Shown in pieces: positions 35,171 through 41,443 of a stretch of 41,443 bases of DNA. The position numbers were made by a program, and so were the translations under genes. Numbering within the stretch: position 1 is the first letter of the stretch; the number at the start of each line of letters is the position of its first letter. This stretch comes from Catajapyx aquilonaris (Eukaryota), in contig JYFJ02003449.1 of NCBI GenBank assembly GCA_000934665.2, positions 1-41,443 of the forward strand. The letters are read 5' to 3'. The notes beneath the pieces were generated by a model. That model had not been told where the DNA came from, searched no databases, and saw nothing but the letters and a program-made list of their open reading frames with translations.

Positions 35171-35387
35171 TTTGGATTGTACGGCTTCAAGTAGAGACCT
35201 GCTCCCAATTTTCTCTGTAAGGCTGCTAATATCTCTGTCTGATGCGTCATCTCCTGAGTACGCTTTCGCTGATTTTTTGCCGTTATTATAGTATTCGCAA
35301 TTGACGCTGCCGCCCCGCAAGAGCGGGAAGTAGGAACAAAAAACCCCCCGAGCGCTTTTTTTTTACACGTGTCCGACGACGCTTCAT
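35134..35387 (-). pseudogene. Adenovirus protein X-like core protein gene, one frameshift
   Basis: MKRRRTRVKKKRSGGFLFLLPALAG / AAASIANTIITAKNQRK...KLGAGLYLKPY...GRRRYRR*. One extra G at ~35315 gives 84 aa. Confidence 0.8.
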
Positions 35388-35857
35388 AATTAATGATGTG
35401 AAATCTTCAAGCGTTGCCCGTATTTATACTGTTAATTCTGTCAACTGGGACCCGCCCCAATTAGTCTGAAAATGACGATTATAAAGGATTAGGTAGTGCA
35501 GGCGGCAATCTGCCGGTGTAACTTTGTTTAATTTCAAATCTAGCATCATTGGCGAGTTATTGGTAGTCAACTCGTCATTTTGATATTTACAATCCAAAAC
35601 AATTAATGTAGATTCATTTATAAAGCGCTCGAGCGATAAATACGTAGGCATATCATCCCGTTCGTAATACGAGCTTTTAAAATTCTTGTACATGTTATAC
35701 AAATTGACCAGTGAGTGCTCGCCATTATGAATGTTTAACTCTTTATTTGGATACCTAACATTATTAATCCAAACGCATACGTCACGAATATCCAAGTGAT
35801 CAAAGTTTGAAGTATTTTTAAGCCACTTATTTTCACGACCCTGCTGCATTCCTATAA

Positions 35858-36708
35858 CACTGGTCTACAAGGTTTTTGTAGCAAAGATCACTGATAGTGT
35901 TCCTAATAGAACCTTTTACGCTGAATTCAAATATGTAATTAGAATCTTTCCATCACGCATAGTTTTTTTTCTACGACTGTTTTTATGTTTTTATGGGATT
36001 AATGAAAAACTTTGTTAAGGCAATGGACCGCACTGGTGATGGATTTTCCTACTTGAAGGAACAATTCCCTAAGATAAGTGATGCCAAGATTAAGGAAGGG
36101 ATTTTTGTGGGTCCTCAAATAAGGCAGTTGATGAGGGATACAAGATTTGAGGAGCACTTAAACAGCGTAGAAAAGGCAGCATGGAATTCCTTTGAAAGTG
36201 TCACCAAAAACTTCTTGGGGAATTCAAAGGCTGAAAATTACCGTGAATTAGTATGCGAACTCTTGGACTCCTACAAAGCTATGGGATGCAACATGTCCCT
36301 TAAGATCCATTTCCTGAACTCCCACCTGGACTTTTTCCCGGAGAATCTTGGTGATGTCAGCGATGAACAAGGAGAGCGTTTCCATCAAGACATCGCCAGC
36401 ATGGGAAAGCGGTACCAAGGAAAATGGAATCCAAATATGTTGGCAGACTACTGCTGGACACTCAAGGGAGATATCCCACAAGCAAAATACAGCACATGGT
36501 CATCAATGGCTTCTTTTTAATGGGTAATGTATATGTAACTTATATACCAGCTTCATATGACTCCTTCAAATTTAAATTGTGTGTTACGTAAAAACCCTGC
36601 GTGATAGAAAGAAACTAATTACATATTTGAATTCAGCGGAAAATTTACTATTAGAATCACATATTATTTCCCGTGCTACACAAAAAAGGTTTTCTTTGTA
36701 GACCAGTG
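35858..36708 (+). mobile_element. Internally deleted Chapaev3-type (CMC) DNA transposon
   Basis: TIR CACTGGTCTACAA...TTGTAGACCAGTG, 3-bp TAA TSD (35855-57 and 36709-11), longer imperfect subterminal inverted repeats. Confidence 0.88.
35993..36520 (+). pseudogene. C-terminal part of a Chapaev3-type transposase
   Basis: GLMKNFVKAM, KIKEGIFVGPQIR, MSLKIHFLNSHLDFFP, VSDEQGERFHQDI, MLADYCW. Confidence 0.88.
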
Positions 36709-37528
36709 TAATAATAAAACGGGGTGAATTTATTTTAAGCCCTGGGATGGAAATATTGAAAGAGTGGCTCGTTAAATTAGGTGCTAGAGGTAATGAGCCT
36801 GATCTCCAATCTCTGTAAGAAATTGATATTGGTGCTTCCGTGTTAATTAATGACAAATATTTCTGATAAGTGTCCAATGACAGATCACAATGTGGAACGA
36901 AAACTGAGATTTTGTTATAAACGACACTAAGATCTCTGAGTCGTTTTTGCACCTGCATCAGCGCCATCTGTGGTAATAACAAACACGTCGGATGATGAAT
37001 TCCCACGAGTTAATTTTAATTGAACCGACCATCCGTCACCCTTTCACATCTTCAAAAAATCCGGAGAGTAATTTTAACGGTATAATAAAACTGAATTTTC
37101 CTTCATTTGTAATTCTATGTTCTTCAGTTTTTGCATTCGACCACTGTAAGTTGTAATCATCCATATTCTGGTCAATTGAACTCGCAAGAGTTTTCATAAG
37201 AACTGCATGTCCTGGATTCTGTAAATACGACACCTCAGTGCCAAAAATACTAGCACTAAACTTTGCAAAGTCAAAAAGAACGAAATTGTTCACCGGTTTT
37301 ACATTATCAGCTAGAGACCAAATGTGGTCACCTTTTTTTATTTGACCTTCAATTAAATAGTACCATCCTTCCATCTTGAAAAATTGGTCAAGGGGAGGAA
37401 TATTGTGCACAATTTCAGTTAATGGATAATTCAGATCGCTATTTTGAGGTAAAAATTCTGTGTACTGTAATCTATTTAAAATGTCTGGCTGATCACCAAC
37501 TAAGGAAGAGAGTATTGCGTCACCTTGT

Positions 37529-38218
37529 TTACTCAGCATCTTGTATATGAATTCTGAGACAAATGATATCGTTCCCGTTATTTATAGGCTGACCATCTTC
37601 GTCGCTAATTAAAAATTCTAATTTATCTAAAAAAGTCGTGTCTAGTGGTAAATATATTGGGTGTGGTATGTCTGAGATAATACTAAAATGAGGTGGTACA
37701 GAGGGAATGAAACTATGTAATAAACTGGTGTCATGTTGATTGGTGTATCCTTGTCGAACAGCTGAACAATGTATCTGAATCGAGTTTATCCCCATAATTC
37801 TAACAAGGTTTTTCGCATTTTCCCACCCAGATCCTCTGATATCAGCCTGAGTGAATCCTAAAAGTTTACCAATTGTATTACTTGGCCTGTTAAAATGTAA
37901 AATTAATTTAGTGTCTTTAACTTTAATTTTAGCTCGCCCTGTTAAGTCGTCGATTTTAATTTCTACCGATCTTCCTGGTAAAATATCTTGTATAACTTTA
38001 ATCAGATCATTAACTTCATAATGACCAGCTGGAATGTATTTCACCGACTCGTTTGTGTCATAGGTGAATGCAATGGCCCAATTCCTATTATTAACATTAT
38101 GAAAGTTATGATAGGTATTGTACGATATTAATGCCATCTTACTATTCTCAGATAATGATATAGGTGGATAAAATGAGACGTTGATTGCGGGTGCATACCC
38201 TGTAACTTCCAGCAACAT
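37529..38218 (-). CDS. Minor capsid protein (penton, single jelly roll)
   Basis: FYPPISL...TYHNFHNV, IPAGHYEV, TIGKLLGF, INSIQIHCSAV, LHSFIPSVPPHFSI, IYLPL, DEDGQPIN...LRIHI. Intact; overlaps the capsid start by 11 nt. Confidence 0.92.
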   Translation of the reverse strand: MLLEVTGYAPAINVSFYPPISLSENSKMALISYNTYHNFHNVNNRNWAIAFTYDTNESVKYIPAGHYEVNDLIKVIQDILPGRSVEIKIDDLTGRAKIKVKDTKLILHFNRPSNTIGKLLGFTQADIRGSGWENAKNLVRIMGINSIQIHCSAVRQGYTNQHDTSLLHSFIPSVPPHFSIISDIPHPIYLPLDTTFLDKLEFLISDEDGQPINNGNDIICLRIHIQDAE

Positions 38219-38252
38219 ATTTAAAATGTCAGCCGATGTTCAAGTAGAGCAT

Positions 38253-38589
38253 TTATATTAACTGTAACAGTCGGTTATATTGTTTGAGAGAAATATACTT
38301 TTTTAATTCGTCCGCGATTGCAACTAGTTCATTTCGGTGTGAACTGTTACCAGCTTTGGAGGATTCCAACAGGGTTTGAAATCGTATTAATAAATCATCC
38401 GCTGAATTATACGGGAGAAAGTCAACTTCGTTCACTCGTTTTATTCGCCCCCCAAAATATCCTCCCTCACCTGTTGTTTCCGGTATCGGGTCCAATAAGG
38501 GCACACGACGTGCCCAGAGTGCACTGACAATATTATTCCATTTATACGAAACACTCGCTTTGGGTCGTCCAGCGTATCTATTATCATCA
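38253..38589 (-). pseudogene. 3' part of a conserved Maverick ORF found upstream of penton, 5'-truncated
   Basis: DDLLIRFQTLLESSKAGNSSHRNELVAIADEL resembles the ELxxRLxLLxxSxxAGN...NE motif. The frame stays open upstream (KASVSYKWNNIV) to the junction. Confidence 0.75.
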
Positions 38590-38660
38590 TCTAATACATA
38601 TTTCTCGACGTATGTCTGTCTGTCTGTCCGCTATGCAAATCCGTACGGAGGCCTCGACAT
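38590..38660 (+). mobile_element. Helitron-like 5' end that truncates the Polinton
   Basis: A|TCTAATACATATTTCTC...TGTCTGTCTGTCTGTCCGCTATGC. No 3' hairpin-CTAG found nearby. Confidence 0.5.
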
Positions 38661-39172
38661 ACTCCCGAGGGGATTGATTAGGGGTAGTTTTTTACCGGGA
38701 GTAACATAAGCACATTGGAATTGACCTCCGAGGTCATCCTTAGCCCCAGGAGGCGAAAAGGACTTTGGAACACTCTTCTAATAATGAGCAATTGGCTGTA
38801 AACATCACCTGTCTTGGGTTACCGCGGCAACCACTGAATGCCCAAGTCCCTGAATCGCCCCCCCCCCCTCACTGCCTCCCCCACTCCTGTCCCATGCACC
38901 CACCCTCCCCCACCATCCCCGTTCCGTAGTAATCAACATTTAACTTTCAATATTTCATTACATTACAAACACAACAAAAAAACACGTTCCCACGGCAACG
39001 ACGTTCCATCGCGGTCAGCAAGAAGTTCCATAATCTAAAGGCAATGGATTTCTTAGAGTGAACTGCTGGGCCCATGGCCCCGCCCCCAAACCTTCCGTGG
39101 TCGCTCAGAACTCTCCCGCCGGACTCCCGCTCTACCCGGACCAAAAGTGTATAGTGTCCAAGTGAAGATTTC

Positions 39173-39392
39173 CCCGCTACAAAACCGACTGCAAGTCACT
39201 TGCGGGACCCCTCAACCTGCCTGCAACTTACGGCTGCAAGTCTGCAATCTGCAGGCCGACTTGCAGCCTGCAAGGGTGTTCGTTTTCGCTCCCTCCCGCA
39301 AACCGCAGGTAACCCAGGTAACGTAAACACTTTGGCGGCTGCAACTTTCCAGGCGGGCGTTCATTTTGCAGCCCTTTTGCAACCTGGCAAGG
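39173..39392. mobile_element. EnSpm-like terminal fragment
   Basis: CCCGCTACAAAA followed by many CTGCAA/TTGCAG motifs in both orientations. Confidence 0.45.
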
Positions 39393-39399
39393 GCAAATC

Positions 39400-40035
39400 T
39401 CTTGCACATTTCAGGCAGGTACAGGGAGACACCAAATCAGGAGGTCTCAAATGCTCTGATGATATGATCGGCTTGAAAACGTCTTCTTCTTCTTTGTAAC
39501 CAAATTCTAGTGGGTCCAGTGGTGGTTTTCCTTGCAGCACATTTGTCCATATGTAGCACTGAAGGTATGCACGCTTAATATGATGCAACATTGTTGATGA
39601 AGGTGGACACAGTTGAGAGAAATTAATTTCCTTTGTGGTATTGTTGCCATCGAACTCCATCACAATTTCTTTTAGAAGAACCGAGTACTTTTGCAATAAA
39701 CAGTTCAGAATTTTTAATCATGTCTTCATCAAGAGGAAAAGCCCCAAAATTACTGAGCAGTTTCCCAGAAGAAATGGCTATTTTAAGCGCCATAGATTTT
39801 GTTACTACCTTGCTCGTTGTATCGGAACCAGTTAAACAATGGGCTGCTGGTAGAACTGATAGCAGAACGTCATCCATGTTTTCCCTCATTTTGTGAAGTG
39901 GTATGTATTTCACAGATGCTCGTGTTTCTTTGATTATCCACAGTTCCTTAAGGCCACCTTTTAGAAAACTATTTTTGAAGGGGTATAGCGCAGAGACCAT
40001 AACATCTGTATCAGCTGAAGCTATTGTGACCGTAC
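39400..40035 (-). pseudogene. Academ-type transposase C-terminus (XPG/PIN-like domain plus start of a Cys-rich finger)
   Basis: SADTDVMV, KELWI, LPAAHCLTGSDTTSK, CPPSSTMLHHIKRAYLQCYIW, DPLEFGY, CTCLKC. Frameshifted. Confidence 0.75.
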
Positions 40036-40820
40036 GTTGCGAGTGGGTACACCAATGAAGGACGTTGTTACGACTAGAGTATATATTCAGGTTATGACGT
40101 GTACAGAACACGGAATGAGGGTGGAGGAAAAAGGTGATGACCAGAGCGACTGGTCCCGGATTGAGGTCAGACCGGGTTTTTATAGTCCAGGTTTGCGATG
40201 CATGATGGGAGTGATGGGTGTAGGGTGGATTAAACCGGAAAAGAAAGATCGAACAAAAGATATCCAAGGATATACAAAAAGTGAAATTGGGTAAGATGTG
40301 GCATTGGTTGACATAGCCATCAGTAGGAAATAAATTTGCTGCCAATGCTGTCACATACCTCCCACCGAAGCTGCCACGTAATGACAAATTTAAACATGTA
40401 GTGGACGAAAAAATAAGAAGGCAGCAAAGTAAATGAACAGAATGAGGGGGGTTGTATATAAACATAAGCAAGTAAGTAATAATGCAGCGTTAAACGGGTC
40501 TTCTTCCGGCTAGCACACAGTCAAGTATGGCCCGACAAACCATCAAAATAAAAAATCATTAAGCCCGGCCAATGGGGCAGCATCACGTGTGTGAGAGAAA
40601 AAAAAATGAAAAGAAAGCTGCTTGGGTACCGCAGCACATGTGGCATAGTTACATGAGGACAAAACAGTCGGGTGCTTCTTCGTCTTCAGACGAGCTGATG
40701 GTCACTACGTCTTCTTTTGGAGGTGGCACCTGTCCTGGTCCAGGCTGATCCCGATGATCATGGGGGTCGGCTGCAGGCGACACCGTCTGTTCAAGGATCC
40801 GAAGGGGGGGGGGGGGGNGC

Positions 40821-41366
40821 TCAAAATAATCCCGAGGAGTTGGGTCGGAAGCTGGGGCACAACCCTCTCAGCCATACTGCTGGTTTCAGGCGGTTAAAGT
40901 GGACCTGCCTTGTCTTCATGTCACGGTCTCTTATGCGGTAGGTTGTGTCGCCAAGGCGGCTCCCCACCTGATATGGACCAGTCCAAGGTTTTTGGAACTT
41001 CTTGTGGACACCTCTTCTTAACCACACCCAGGAGTCGTCCGGGTAGGGCGCTCCGTGAACGTGCTTGTCGTACTGCGACTTCTGTCTCTGTCGGGCGGCG
41101 TCTAACCTGGTGCGTGCAGTATTGAACATACTATGTATCTCCTGAGACATCCGTTTGACGTGATCGGAAGAGGACTCTGCAACGTTGGAGCGGCCCAGAA
41201 GGAGAAGGTCTTCTGGCATGCGGGCCTCTCTTCCGAATGTCATGCGATACGGGGTATGCTTTGTGGATGCATGCATGTTATTTCGGTATGCGAGGAGAGA
41301 ATACGGCAGAAGGTCATCCCAATCGTCTGGGTGGGATGCAGCCAGTCCTCTGAGAATCTGTATCAT
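40821..41366 (-). pseudogene. Ty3/Gypsy integrase C-terminal half with GPY/F module
   Basis: WDDLLPYSLLAYR...STKHTPYRMTFGRE, KPWTGPYQV, VHFNRLKP. Confidence 0.92.
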
Positions 41367-41443
41367 CAGTGAATCAAGTATTGTCCCGCCATGCGGGTTA
41401 CAGTCTGGCCAGGATAACTTTGACCTCGCTCGTTAACCATCGA

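Larger units (their letters stand above)
35424..37539 (-). pseudogene. Double-jelly-roll major capsid protein (~420 aa reconstructed)
   Basis: YYLIEGQI, FSFIIPLKLLSGFFED, KISVFVPH, ISYRDW, SPRFII-IGMQ, FDHLDIRDV.VWINNVRYP, LIVLDCKYQ. Frameshifts near 37037 and 36945 plus the transposon insertion. Confidence 0.92.
30921..38589. mobile_element. Polinton/Maverick (adintovirus-like) endogenous element: one terminus plus virion module, truncated
   Basis: Penton, major capsid, pX-like and adenain genes in one cluster. AGTAGT at 30921 coincides with the LINE breakpoint. Repeat-rich subterminal DNA. The element call is stronger than the exact terminus. Confidence 0.88.

Noticed and set aside
35171..35320. 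N-terminal extension of the protease in the ORF track
   Set aside because: It has a non-ATG start, and the region is better explained by the pX-like gene in another frame.

Overview
Animal (probably arthropod; inferred from the element families) repeat-rich DNA made almost entirely of nested, decayed transposon fragments. I found no intact cellular gene. The main feature is one end (about 7.7 kb, 30921 to ~38589) of an endogenous Polinton/Maverick (adintovirus-like) dsDNA virus. Its AGTAGT terminus sits exactly where a host LINE is cut. It carries a virion module: a conserved small ORF, penton, double-jelly-roll major capsid, a hidden frameshifted protein-X-like core gene and an adenain protease. 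An intact 7-repeat fibre-like gene faces this module. The capsid gene is split by an 851-bp Chapaev3-type transposon whose removal restores the frame. Polymerase, ATPase and integrase are absent from the window. Other notable items are an orphan NXF1/TAP-type RRM, a RAG1/Transib-like exon missed by the ORF track, tyrosine-recombinase, HECT and BEN-like spliced fragments, an LRR pseudogene and two clear template-switch footprints. All family calls come from recalled motifs, not database searches, and many boundaries are approximate.
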